From positions 72,833,754-72,897,753 of the forward strand of contig NC_068987.1 in assembly GCF_001194135.2 (NCBI RefSeq): DNA of 64,000 bases, in the 5' to 3' direction. Made by a program: the position numbers and the translations under genes. The notes below the pieces were generated by a model. That model was not told where the DNA came from. It saw nothing but the letters and a program-made list of their open reading frames with translations, and ran no database searches. Below are positions 12,806 through 25,236 of the stretch, piece by piece. Each line of letters opens with the position of its first letter. Positions within the stretch are counted from its first letter, which is position 1. Source of the stretch: Octopus bimaculoides (taxonomy: Eukaryota).

Positions 12806-14329
12806 CTTATATATATATACACCATAATATTGAGAACAAAGGCTACAGTGAACTCGCCGCAGGGGAGTAGAAACTCTAAGCTTCGAGCAGCGTTCTTCTT
12901 TAGAAAAAGTTGACAGCTTGATTATACATATATATATATATTCACTTGTACACAGTTTATACATACTCATATATTTATACATGTACTCATATGCACACTT
13001 CTATCCATATACACAAATGTAATAAATAAATCTATGTATATACACACATTTATACTAAAATTAATACAATATTTCAGCTATCAAGAAAAATGAATTCATC
13101 AAAGGACTACAAAAATACACAAATATCTTAAAAAGTTTCAGTAATGCGTTCTTAAAATGTCATTATTTGACTTCTTCATTAATCAATGCTCGAAACGTTG
13201 ATTAATGGGACATCTCTTTGCTAATCAAGCACTGAATTAGAGTGAGTAAAGTTCAGATGTGAAAAGGTTTAATTTAGAATCCACAGTTTAGTTACGGTAC
13301 TTTATTTTTTTGAACTCCAATCTCATCGACGTGGATTTTGCTTTTCATCTTTATATACCAGCTAAACATTTTACACCTCTATTTCTATAATAGAGGAACT
13401 TGGCTCGGTTTCTAGATGGTTAGATACTCAACAAAATAAAGGATATTTAGCATAAAACATTCAAAAGTTGCCCAACCAACGTATTGGAATTTATAGATAA
13501 AAGCAAAACTTCTTGCAAAATCTCTCCGTTGTTTTCTACCAGAGCAGAACACAGCCTTCTAACAATAACTGCAACTTTAATTATAGTTTTGTCTGCTTTT
13601 CTGACGCCTCCTAAGATCATATGAATCTAAGCAGGTTGCCAGATCACTACTAAAGGTTGTATTTATATATGATATACCAAAGGCCAGTTAAACTGGTGGT
13701 GCACTGACCCCACCAGGATATTGATTAAAACTAGAAAATAAGATTAAGGACGCAGTTACCCGTTTGCCATCAATCCCTTTGGTTCTATGGTTCAACCCTG
13801 CTATAAAATATTCATATCTAAATGAAAACCTTCCGTTAGAAGTTCATATAAGAACCTACTTTTTGTAAATTTATGTTCCAATCATCAGTCTAATAATAAA
13901 AATGTTAATTATTATACTAAGGTCTTTATTATTTTTAAAATTAATTGTAACATACCGATGGGTTATATGAGCAGAATTGTAGAAAAGAAAGGTTTAAAAT
14001 GAAATTACTGAATCTAAAATTGAAGCATCATTGCAAAACTTATCATACAGATTTGATTTAAATATTCTGTTTGAGTTCAATGTGATGGTGGCACAATGAC
14101 TAACGGTTTAAAGCCCTCAATTAACTGATTCGTTCACTTCTTATCAGAATCATTGCGTTGTGTCACAAGATGGTTAGAAGTAGAAAGAGCAGCCCAGCTG
14201 TAAAAAAACAATTTCTCCATAAAATATACCACTCCAGCAATGTAAGTATTAAAAATAAATGTAAAGCAGTTATATGAATATACAAGATGAAAACAGCCAT
14301 GTATTCGCAAACACCAAGAAACATTTCAT

Positions 14330-15282
14330 TCGGTATTTATGCGCATACTTGTTCCATGGGTACTCTCAATTCGCTGACTGTAGCCGGAGTGACTTGAGAT
14401 CCGGTGAGAACAGTGGATATTCTACAATACTTCTTCGTTTAATCCAGCTGTTTGGCAAAACCTCATCTCCGTAGGCCCTTACATTACTATGGTAATGAGA
14501 AGGTGCCCCATCTTGCTGGAAATACAACTCCGCATCATCAAAGTTCTTTTGAATTCCTGGTGTGACAAATTGTTGTAGCAAGTTCAAGTAAATGGGATCA
14601 GTCACAGTGCCGGCAAAAAAGAATGGTCCAATTAATCCTTTTGAAAATAAACCGCACCATACTGTAACTCCTGGTAAATTAACATGACCTTCCTCCTTAA
14701 TGTGCAGTTTCTCAAGTCTCCAGTAGGTGCATTTGTGGAAGTTAATTGAGGCATTTAATTTAAATGTAGCTTCCTCACTCCAAACAATTTGTAGGAAAAT
14801 GTTCGTCTTCTACATCTTGCCAAATTCTATTCGCAAACCGCCACTCTTCGGACCAGACCATCCTCACTGAGGGCATCGACTATTCTCGGAATGTAATTTT
14901 TCCAATGACAGGGGTTCAAAATGCGATGGATGCTTGATTTTGAAATTCCTTTTGAAATCTCTTGTCTTGCTTGCTGCATAGATTTTCTTGAATGTTGGCA
15001 ATACGTTTTTAGTGCCTTTTCTTGCTTTGTGTGGCTCGTTCGATATCCGTGATCTTCTGGATCATTTTTAGTGAACATTTATATTATCCAAACTTATCAC
15101 TAATTCAAGAGATGGTAAGTCGTGTTGGTGGATCTATTTGAAACACCCTCCGAAATTGCTTTAGTTCAAAATTCCCTTTTTCAAAGTTTAATCTGGTTCC
15201 TTTCATTATTTTAATGCGTCAAATCTAAAAAGAAATGAAAACTAAGCTCTTAAAATGTGTATACATTTTTGGGAACGACCTG
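14330..15282 (-). mobile_element. Degraded Tc1/mariner (maT/rosa-like) transposon
   Basis: HTH (RKSMQQARQEISKGISKSSIHRIL), [26 protein letters not shown] and FSPDL; one TIR (CAGGTCGTTCCCAAAAATGTATACAC) with TA at 15283. Confidence 0.85.
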
Positions 15283-15474
15283 TATGTGTGTGTATTTCGA
15301 TCAAGGGATCGTTGTAATTTTCAATTAAAGAAGGACTAAATGTTAAAAACAAAGTAGGTGTATTTAGTTCATTTCTTCGTTTTTCCGTTTTTTTTACAAC
15401 ATGGCCATGATGTTTCAATTATTCTTCATTCTTCAGAAAACGTAACTGGTTATACAAGGTGAGTACTACATACA

Positions 15475-15506
<32 letters not shown>

Positions 15507-15614
15507 CACACACATATACATACAGACAGACAGACATATGTATTCATACATACGTATGTATATATATGTGTGTGTATATATATAGAAGTACACACACACA
15601 CACACACACACACC

Positions 15615-15665
<51 letters not shown>

Positions 15666-15692
15666 GTTATCCGAATTTTATAGTATTAAGTA

Positions 15693-15802
15693 TTCATCAC
15701 AACTGATCTTACTAATCGTCGGTTTCGCATAAAGAATACAATGGAGCGTTAGGTAATAATCCGATTATATAATTTTATGCTCATCAGAGATAGCCGATAT
15801 GG
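15693..15802 (-). ncRNA. Type I hammerhead ribozyme motif (inverted copy)
   Basis: On the - strand: CTGATGA (15787-15781); stem II gcataaa/tttatgc; GAAAC (15726-15722); GTA (15712-15710); stem I atct/agat. Confidence 0.75.
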
Positions 15803-16762
15803 AAGGGAAGATGGCGACTGCTCTCTATTGTCGGAGGTGGATTAATACAACCGGTCAGCGGTTGCTGTGAAAAAATGGTGAAACGAAAAAGGGTTCAGGG
15901 GATTGGTCCCTTGGTGTGAAACTGGCAAGAGTTATCTTGAAGTAGGGAAAGTGTGTATTATTAATACGGTGTCCCTGCGGGGATGGAGGTGTGAGATATA
16001 GGGTGTGTGGTATGTGTAGCAACGTCGTATGTGTAATTTTTTCCTGGGGTGTAGATATATATAGCTGTGCTCGTAGTCTTTTTTCTTTCTGTAAAGGATA
16101 AAGTCGTGTTTTTTTTTATATTAGCGTGCGGTGTGTAATGTGTGTAGGGGATGCGAGTCTGTGTATATGTGGGGGTAAGATTTGTGGGAATGGTTATGTG
16201 TTGGGGGGGGGGGCAGATAGTTATTTGCTGAGTGTCCGCCTTATAAGGTTGTTCGTGTGTATAAATGGGTGCATTGGTGTGTGTTTTGGTCAAACTCTTT
16301 TTGCCGGGCTCAAGGGCATTGGTGGAAGGTGGTTTACGGAAGGTTGAGGCAAGAGACCTGTGGTTGCAGTCATGTTGGAGTTAACATAATGTACTTCCTT
16401 TCATGCGGGCAAGGATTAAACATCTCACTTCTGTTATTCAGGTAAACATCCAGGCGTTAAGTACCTTTTAAAATCACTCTCTTCTCAGAGCCACGCATAA
16501 TTATACATATGACACCGTTAATTATACATATGACACCGCTATACATATCACACACCCCATCCCCGCAAGGGTACCATATATAATACACACTTGCCCCACT
16601 TCAAGATACCTCTTGCCAGCTTCACAGCATATCCAACCAAGGGACATAACTCCTAACCCAATCCCTTGAACCCTTTTTCGTTTCACCATTTGTTTCACAG
16701 CAGCCGCTGATCGGTTATGTTAATCCACCTCCGACAATAGAGAGCAGTCGCCTTCTTCCCTT

Positions 16763-16868
16763 CCATATCGGCTATCTCTGATGAGCGTAAAGTTATATAA
16801 TCGGATTGTTACCTAACACTCCATTGTATTCTTTACGTGAAACTGATTGGTAAGATCAGCCGTGATGG
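16763..16868 (+). ncRNA. Type I hammerhead ribozyme motif
   Basis: CTGATGA at 16778-16784; stem II gcgtaaag/ctttacgt; GAAAC at 16839-16843; GTA triplet at 16850-16852; stem I ggct-atct pairing agat-c-agcc. Confidence 0.75.
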
Positions 16869-17776
16869 ATATTTAATACTATAAAATTCGAATAGTATAC
16901 CCACTCTACTGACAGATATATGAGTGTATCTTCTCCCTAACTTATGGTCTTAGACAACTCACGCATGTATATATGTGTGTGTGGGTGTATTTATATATAT
17001 AGCATGGCTGCAGCCTCAAGGCTAAAGCATATAAAAGAATAAAAGGATATATATGGCACATATATTTATAATACTGGATGATAGATAGTAACAAAGACAT
17101 GGGGATTGAACAAGGAAAGTGTGAGGTAATGCTAAGAAAAAAAATGTGACGTTCTAAGAGGCAACGGGGGAAAGAGATTAGATGGGGAGAAAGAAGGGTT
17201 GAAAGTAAGAAGAGATGGGAAGAAAATTGTAAGAATAAATGATGGGGGAATAGGTAAGAGGATGGGTTAGTCGAAAGACGGATAAATAGACAGAGTGAAA
17301 ACGAAAAGGTAGGAGTGGATGACACAAAAATAAAAGGTGCAGTAAAAGAAAGAAGAAAAGGAGAAAAAAAGACGGACATGTGAGTAGTGTAAATTGAAGA
17401 TTGAAAGCAGGGTAGGGAAGTCACATGCAGGCACATACATGCGCTTACACACGTTCAGCTGTTAAATATGTACCGATTAAAATATTCAAGATGACTATAC
17501 TGCCGATAGAATAATTCTGTAAGTTGTGTGAAATACGCTTCTAGATTCACACATTCAAAAACCAATTAAGACATAAATAATTTAAATGATTAGCTTTCAT
17601 ATACAAAATTTAGAATATAATTAAAGATATAAAGTTAATTAATGCAGCTGAAGACGATTAGAAATCTGTGGAATGAAAACTGATTCGATTGTGTTGAAAT
17701 ATCATTAGTACACAATGTCAATAAATAAAGGGACTTATGAGGATATATTATGGCTTTTAGCTTTTATTTATTTAAG

Positions 17777-19390
17777 TTATTCTCTGATCTCGGGTCCAAT
17801 GAAAATGCTTGCTTTCAGTTTTGCGTCACTTTTCTCTGCACCAAATTTTACTCTTAGGTACTGGAAGCCACAACCATCGTATGTCATTACTTTTATGAAG
17901 TTTTTCATGCGGCGAGTTTGATGTGAAGGGGTGGAAGGAAGAGCTTTTTGCGGGTCTACCAGTGGCATATGAAGCACACTGTACCGACTAGCTATGCGCT
18001 CATCTCTTTTAGGCCAGTCTTTTGCTATGTAATGACTGCTGTCATGGTGGCTGTTCCAAACACACAAGAAGCACATATTTTTGGTATATCCAAGCTGCAA
18101 TCCTAGGAAGAGGGAAATCACCTTTAAATTACCAGAAATATTCCACTTGTGAACTGAGTAATTAACTCCTTTCAGAAATAGTTCCATCGATTCATAAGTG
18201 TCTTCCATACCGACAACATGACCCACAGGAATGGAAGGTTTTTCATTACCATTACGTGACAACACAGCTTTGAGGCTAACCTTACTCGAGTCTATAAATC
18301 ATCTCCATTCGTTAACCTCATGCACGTGTCCTAGTTTTTGCATGAATGTATTAACGTCAGTACAGAAACAAGCATACTTTCTTGCTTGAAAAAGACAAAT
18401 AAGCCTTTATGACGAGAACGGAAAATGGAAATGTTCGTACCTTGCTGTAGAAGATTCCGTTGTTGTAGTTTGGATCCCAAAACTTCTGCCCTCTCCTTCG
18501 ACAATGCTAGGTCTCTTACTAAATCGTTCAAATCTTCTTGATTAAATTAGCCTGGCTCATTTTTCTTAGAATCATCTACGTCCTCTTCGTCGATAGGAGA
18601 GTCAGACGGTTCATCGCGCGATGTGTCAAGATTTTCAAGTGAAGCATGTGAGAGAGGAACTGGGACAGGGTTCTCGAAGTCATGTGAGACCGGTTTTAGA
18701 GCCGACTTACAATCTGCATACGCCATTTTTGCTTTGGTCTTCTTTGACAAACCACTAATATTAGTCATGCAAAAGTAACAACCAGAGACATGATTGGTTG
18801 GCTGTAAAAGGCATTCCCTTCCGTTTTCCATTCAGCCACTGTATAAGCCCTGAGTAACACACGGTATAGCATATATGAGGTGCCCACCTCTTGTCTTGGT
18901 CCCCAACTTTACACCCGAAATATTTATTTATCGGCAATTTTTAATTTGGGGCAATGTTCCTCCGTTGGTCACGCGGAGCAAATTTTCCACTGACATAACA
19001 AAAGTTGTCTCGATGATTCACACAGCCTCTCCTATTCATAATCTAACACAATGCACACAGTAAAAACAGTAATCATACAGAGCGAGAGATACCAATAACA
19101 AACTGACGTATTTGGCATTGCACACAATACATCAGCGCCATCTATTGCTAAACTAAATAATGAACTTTCTCATCGCTTGTTTTATTGCTGTTATTTTTAA
19201 ATTTTGAATTAAGACAAATTTTATAATACGGCCGATATCTAATTGAAAGTATGGTTATAATCTTTCGCATGCGCATAACTCAAAATCCGGACATGCTAGA
19301 ACAATTCTGAGTGCGGATTCGGAATCAGCATCTTCGATTTAATCTGAAACACTCGCTTTTACCCCAGTAGCAAAACTTTGTTGTCCAATG
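17777..19390 (-). mobile_element. Chapaev3-like (CMC) DNA transposon, 3'-truncated
   Basis: ATG at 19039 gives MNRRGCVNHRDNFCYV...YFGCKVGDQDKRWAPHIC, then QPTNHVSGCYFC and PSIPVGH...LKVISLFLGLQLGYTKNMCFLCVW. The terminus reads CATTGG with adjacent TAA at 19391. Confidence 0.8.
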
Positions 19391-20022
19391 TAATATACGT
19401 ATATATTTAGTCGAGTGGTTGGAGATTTGAGTACAGAAAGAGAAGTTACTTCAATTACAGTTGCTTGAAGTCGTAGATTTCGAACCAGTTTTCTTAAGTT
19501 TAATTAGACAAGGCGATAAATTGGTTAAACTTGAGAGATGTGGGGTATAAGATTTTTATTATATCTTATCGAACATTTAATGATAGTTATGTTCTAGGAA
19601 ATTTCTTTCTGAATTAATCAACAGATGTAAACTTCTTCTGTAGAGGTTCTTTCAGAATATATTTCTCCTTCTTCTTTTCTTTTTTTTTGTTTTAATCAAT
19701 GTACCATGTGAGAATATATAATGTTGAAATGTGATTTTGTACACGGTTTCTGAGAGGAACACATTGCATATTCCCACAGCCACAACAAATTTGGATGTTT
19801 TAATTCTTGCTTTAAAATACTCGCTTAAGTCGTGGTGAGGAAGAACGACGCCAATAAAATAATATAATTAAAACGCAATGGGCTTATACTGTAAAAACCA
19901 TACATTTTGTTTAGTCTAAAAACTAACAAGCCATAAACAGTATAAGTAGATATTATTGGCTGGGAATAGCATTTCGCATAATTTTCATACTACACACACA
20001 CAAATATATGTGTATGTATGTA

Positions 20023-20240
20023 TAGTAACCCCTCGCCATATCGCGGTTCACCTATTGCGGTTTATTATTTAAGCTTACGTCGATTCCTCCGTGGTGTTGT
20101 TTTGCATTTATAATAAAATAAATATATACAGCTTCTAAAAATAATTTTAAAAATATATACAGTATTATTTCTACTTCGCAGATTTTTATCTTTTAGTGGG
20201 GTTTTGGTACGTAACACCCGCGATAGTCGAGGGATTACTG
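20023..20240. mobile_element. pogo/Tigger-like MITE
   Basis: TIRs (C)AGTAACCCCTCG..ATCGCGG / CCGCGATAGTCGAGGGATTACTG. Confidence 0.75.
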
Positions 20241-20338
20241 TTTAGAATATATATGTATATGCTCATATAAATACGTAAAGGTAAGATCCAAGGATCAAGA
20301 TGTAGGAAGTTAGTAAGCTTCGAGTAGTCCGTAGGAGG

Positions 20339-21361
20339 TGTAGTGTAGACTCAGGTGAAATTCCTCTTCTCCATTTATTATATATATGTGCATTCGAACG
20401 TAGCAGGGAACAGCTAGCCTTTGACTGCTATTTGGATCATATTGTGTCCACTACTCTGATTGGTTGGTATTGGTGCAATTTGTCTCATACTCGATTGCCA
20501 CAGCTTGTCGCGGATAACCAATCAGAGGCTCTAAATTGGATCACGTGGGACTACCTTGTTTTAGTCTACAGCCCCTTATAAAAAAAACTCAGCTTTTCCT
20601 TGTTCCGGGTCTTTGGTTCCAGACATTTTAAGGTCTAGCCACTGACAACGAAGACACAGCCAGTTCCAGCGACAACACTACCACAGCAGCTACGTTGAGA
20701 CTTGCCAACTTTGCGGCAACCTCCTTCGTCGCCACCATCATGTCCTTCTTAACGTTGTCAACATCATCTCTCTACGTACACAGCTCAGCAAGCAATTCAC
20801 CCCGGTTCCAACAGTTCACTGTTTGTGAATTATTTCATTACAGATCAACAGCGAATATACAACCTGCATGAACTCCCGTACAAGTGACCCAAGCAGCAGC
20901 ATCACAACCACGACTTTACGTACGACACTTATCTGTAACCGGCTCAGCATCCTGGCCGCAACTTCTTGGTACAGTATCTCAACTACCGTGTACTAGACTA
21001 CGAACTAGTATTATTATCTTTCTTGTGTCTATGAACTTACTTCTCACTTCGATGGCTATAGACGTTTTCACTGCTTTCTTCTTATTGCCACCCTTAAATG
21101 TTTTTAACATGCGCATACATCTATGCCTACACACACACATACATTTTGTTCTCATGACGGCCTATCAATTATTTTGTATACATGACATATACAGACACAC
21201 ATGTTATCACATCGATAAATGTTCTCTTAATCATTTTTATGCGGTTGTGTCTCTTTCCATCTGGTATTCATTTGTTCTATTCAATTTCTCTTTATTGTAA
21301 AGGTCGTGTAATGTGGTACAAAAGAGCCATTCTCCTCACCTCACATCGCACGGCCATTACA
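20339..21361 (+). mobile_element. Solo LTR
   Basis: Termini TGTAGTG...CATTACA; 4-bp direct repeat GAGG at 20335-20338 and 21362-21365; internal CCAAT, CACGTG and TATAAAA. Confidence 0.75.
20454..20587 (+). promoter_or_regulatory. LTR U3 promoter-like cluster
   Basis: Inverted CCAAT boxes ctctgattggtt (20454-20465) and aaccaatcagag (20516-20527); E-box CACGTG at 20542-20547; TATAAAA from 20577. Confidence 0.55.
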
Positions 21362-21789
21362 GAGGTATAAAAAACTACTTTCGAGAACAATTTATTAACG
21401 TAGAAGGGTGTAAATTTTTCCCACATCGACGTTCGATCAACAGAAAAAGTTATTTCATAGCTCACGGTTAGCAGCTGGGGTTGCTGTGTATGCGAATAAA
21501 AATCCAAATTTAGGGAATAAAGTATATAAATTCAGGCTACACAATTCGTTGCTATTATGTTAAACTGTCGTGTGTCCAAATTTAGCCAAATGCGTTTTTT
21601 TTTGTTTTTTTTCAATATTTAATTTTGCTTGCAATAGCCGGTTCTTTTGGTCAAACTATCGTATCTTCAGCTGCCTCAGATGAAAATTTATCAAAGTGCA
21701 GTACAAAGGTTTAGCATTTTTCAAAAGTGTAGTAAGCCTACCTACGACAGTTTTGCAAAAATGTTTCTGACTGAAAATATCATACATGC

Positions 21790-21969
21790 ATAGAGCACCA
21801 GGTTCCGGAGCCGTCTTGAGACCATGGTGGAAGCACAATGCGGCTATTTTGAGTAAACTGTTACCCTGCAGCCATAATTCGTTTGATATTTCCTACTTTT
21901 TAAAATACTATTTTCTATCTGTTTTCTTTTCCTTTAATACAAATTGTTAAATTTAGCCCGAACACCCTG
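21790..21969 (+). mobile_element. Mariner 3' remnant
   Basis: RFRSRLETMVEAQCGYFE* C-terminus and a right TIR ending ...gaacaccctg|ta. Confidence 0.6.
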
Positions 21970-23499
21970 TATATATACACACATATATAAGCATAAACAT
22001 ATAGAAATAGACACACCTGCATATAGGTTCATTTTATGGATACAGTAATAATGAAAAACGCTTACACATACAGATATACTTGAACACAGATGCATGCACA
22101 CACTTGCACATGTATGTATAAAACGATGTACGGAAATTAATAGAGCGAATAGAAGTAGCAGACAAAAATACCAAGACGTTGAAAATTAGTAAATAGAAAG
22201 TATCGGTTGCGGGATTATGGTCTTACGAGATCTCGTTAATGTGTGAAAATATAACGATATGAAAGCACAGACATATCAAATCAATAGGAAATCATTGTGT
22301 GTGTGTGTGTGGAAGGCGCATGGCTTTCTGGCTAGGGTATTCGGCTCAGGATCTTAAGGTCGTGAGTTCGATTCCCTGCAGCGCGTTCTGTCCTTAACCA
22401 AGACACTTTATTTCATGTCGCTCCAGTTCGTTCAGTCGGTAAAAATGAGTAGTCCTTATAATTCAAAGGAGCCAGCCTTGCCACATTTTGTGTCACGCTG
22501 AATCTCCTTGAGAACTATATAAAGGGTACGCGTGTGTGGAATATTCAGCCACTTGCACGTTAAATTAAGAGCAGGCTATTCAGTTAATCGGATCAACTTG
22601 AACCCTCGTCGTCGTAACTGACGGAATGCTAGTTATTATATATGTGTGTGTGTGTGTCGAGGGGTGGGGTGGGGGGTTGAATAAGATCACGGAAGACAGC
22701 AATCTTTCTACTGTAAAGTTTTAGACATCTGATTCATTTTAGACAGCAGCAAATTTTACCTTTACTATGCATCAAATGAATGGCTATTTTACATCAATAA
22801 GAACTCTAAATCTGTTAAGCATTCTCGTAGTTTATAGTCTTTAGGATTAGCAGGCATTTTACCTCTTTATTCATTTTATCAGACGAGAAAGTATATAATA
22901 GTGCTTCACATTATTACAACAAAGCACTGAGATGCCATGAACTTTCAGAAAGGATGAATTACATACTTGAACCACTTGTTCCTAAGTGTTAAAATAGATC
23001 CAGGAGAATTTGTAATACAATTAAGCTGTGGTCTGATATTTCTATGAAATTCTTGATCTTGATCTTTCTCTTCACTTTTCAATCCACCTATCTGCAAATG
23101 CCACTTCATCGATAACATTTTCATCCTTATGCATGACTACAAAAGATCTTGTAAATACCAGAGAGTTCTTTTCAGTGGAGTTCCTTGTTAATATTCTATT
23201 GTGGTTAAAATGGATTAAAGAAATAAATATTTTGATTAAATATTATTGGTTTCACTTGTAACACCTCCTTCATATTCTAGCCTTAAAGAATTTAAGGTTT
23301 TTTTTAATATTACAAGATTCTCACTGCAGTTAGATGAAAGTTTGGAGGGATTTAATAGATGTAATTGTTAAGAATATAATGCAAGCAATCCAAAGATGCA
23401 GTGTTGGATGACACAACTGTGCTGATAAAGATTAAATATTACGATCTTGTACACTTGCTTAATGATTCTTCCTTTACTGCTTTGGCAAACACAATGAAG

Positions 23500-23552
23500 T
23501 TTATGCTTTGCTGATGAGGCTACAATAATACTGAAACATGTATGGAGTTGTC
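23500..23552 (+). ncRNA. Degenerate minimal hammerhead-like motif
   Basis: CTGATGA-GGC-tacaataat-ACT-GAAAC-AT-GTA, with palindromic ACATGT at 23536-23541. Stem I is wobble-rich (ctttg/tggag) and stem II has one mismatch. Confidence 0.4.
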
Positions 23553-23838
23553 TCTCATACTTGAAGAAATAATTAAAGGATATAGTTCTTTGAAAAGTGG
23601 TTGATGATTAGAAAGGCATGCAAAAAACAATGGCAACAACAAAGAATTGCAGTTTTCTTTATTGTTGTTTATACCAGATGACAAAGCTAAAATGCAGGGT
23701 TAAAACAAATCTGTTCAACCCATGCTAGCATTGGAAAAAATGTATGTTTTTGTAATATTTTCTGCAATAGGAATTTTAACAGAAGCTCCACTATTGAATA
23801 TCACAGTTTCATACTAAAATAAGTACCATATGCATTCT

Positions 23839-23910
23839 TCAGACGACTGTTGCAGAACATTCGACTGTCCATGTTTCCTTTTCATTGCATGGTATCAAAA
23901 ATTGACAGAC
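23839..23910 (-). CDS. EFCAB7: EFCAB7 last coding exon
   Basis: cttctttcAG acceptor. VCQFLIPCNEKETWTVECSATVV* matches VCQHVMPLNERQEW; an AATAAA lies on the - strand at 23658-23663. Confidence 0.9.
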   Translation of the reverse strand, partial: VCQFLIPCNEKETWTVECSATVV

Positions 23911-24020
23911 CTGAAAGAAGTCATAGAAATAACATTTAAGAATTATTTTGTATCATTAACACATTTTTTTTTAATCCTGTGTGAGATTGTCTGGTTTCTA
24001 AACAAAACTTCTAGTTTTAA

Positions 24021-24235
24021 CCCTTTAACACTCAGATTACTCTGTCAAATTTAATGTTTATTTATTTACATTGTTTTGAATTAATCATACATTACCTCAT
24101 AGCTTTGAGATTTTGATGATGTGTTTGTTTATTTTCAGAATGACACTAAAGTGTAGGTGTAAGAGGCCAGATCTGGCTGGTTTGAATATAAAAATGGTAG
24201 AATAATTCGGTTGAATATGGCTGAATACTAAAGGG
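24021..24235. mobile_element. piggyBac-like MITE
   Basis: TTAA|CCCTTTA ... TAAAGGG|TTAA. Confidence 0.8.
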
Positions 24236-24980
24236 TTAAAATGTTTGCATTTAAATTTAAGCTTTCTGTCATAGTTACATAAGAGCATGCTTTTGTTATA
24301 TTATATTCCAAATATTGGTTTGATAATTGGTTCTGATATAAGCACAAAGTCAAAATTTGGGCCTAGAAGAGGGATGTTAGTCAAATTGATCCCAGTATTT
24401 AAATGGTATTTTAAAGTTGATCTCAGTGGCATTTGAACTCAGAACACGAAGAGTGGAAACAAATACTGCAAGGCATTGTGACATATGCTTAAATGATCCT
24501 GTTAATCTGTCACCCTTACACTATCTTAATAATGGTTTCATAATGAATACAGTTAGTGAGAGGTTGGCATCCTATCCAGAAGAAATTTATTTTGTCTGTG
24601 TTCCACACTTTCATATAGCACACATATCTATAAATAAGGGTATGTTGCTACATATACATGAATATCCTAGACTACTTTCCAAGATATCATATAAGTGATT
24701 AAAGCAGGTTCCCCCATAGACGTGCTACAATCCCTACATTTTGATTTTTATCCCAAATATCTAATAACACCGAGCTCCAAGTAGATTATCATCATCCAGT
24801 CTGCTTTCAGTATAGTTGTTTAGCTACTACTATACTTATCACTATTACTAATTAAGATACACAGAGCTAATGTGGGAGATATTACAATAAGCACAAGTTT
24901 ATACCACAACAGTGAAACATATGTAGGAAGAAATGGTATAAACTTGTGTATATCACAATTTCTCATTTATTAAATATATA

Positions 24981-25200
24981 CAGGGTGCAGATTTTAAATT
25001 GGTGCCTTTGTTTAAACAAAAAAAAAAAATATATACTATTTTGAAAGCTGAGGTGCAAACTAATATCATTTTCCTTTCAGATTGTCATGTCTGCACTTGT
25101 ACTCTTTCTGTGCAAGACTTTCACAATTGCTACAAATATGTGCCACACTTTCAACTTTCTCCCCACACATTCTGCAGAGGTTCTTTGCACTTGTGTAGTA

Positions 25201-25236
<36 letters not shown>

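Larger units (their letters stand above)
15691..16872 (-). mobile_element. 5'-truncated Penelope-like element with inverted pseudo-LTRs
   Basis: Inverted arms at ~15691-16005 and ~16535-16872. The - strand at 16500-16360 reads SEKRVILKGT*RLDVYLNNRSEMFNPCPHERKYIML, the GIY-YIG C-terminal 'LNKRSE..CRH..K' signature of Penelope. Confidence 0.85.
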
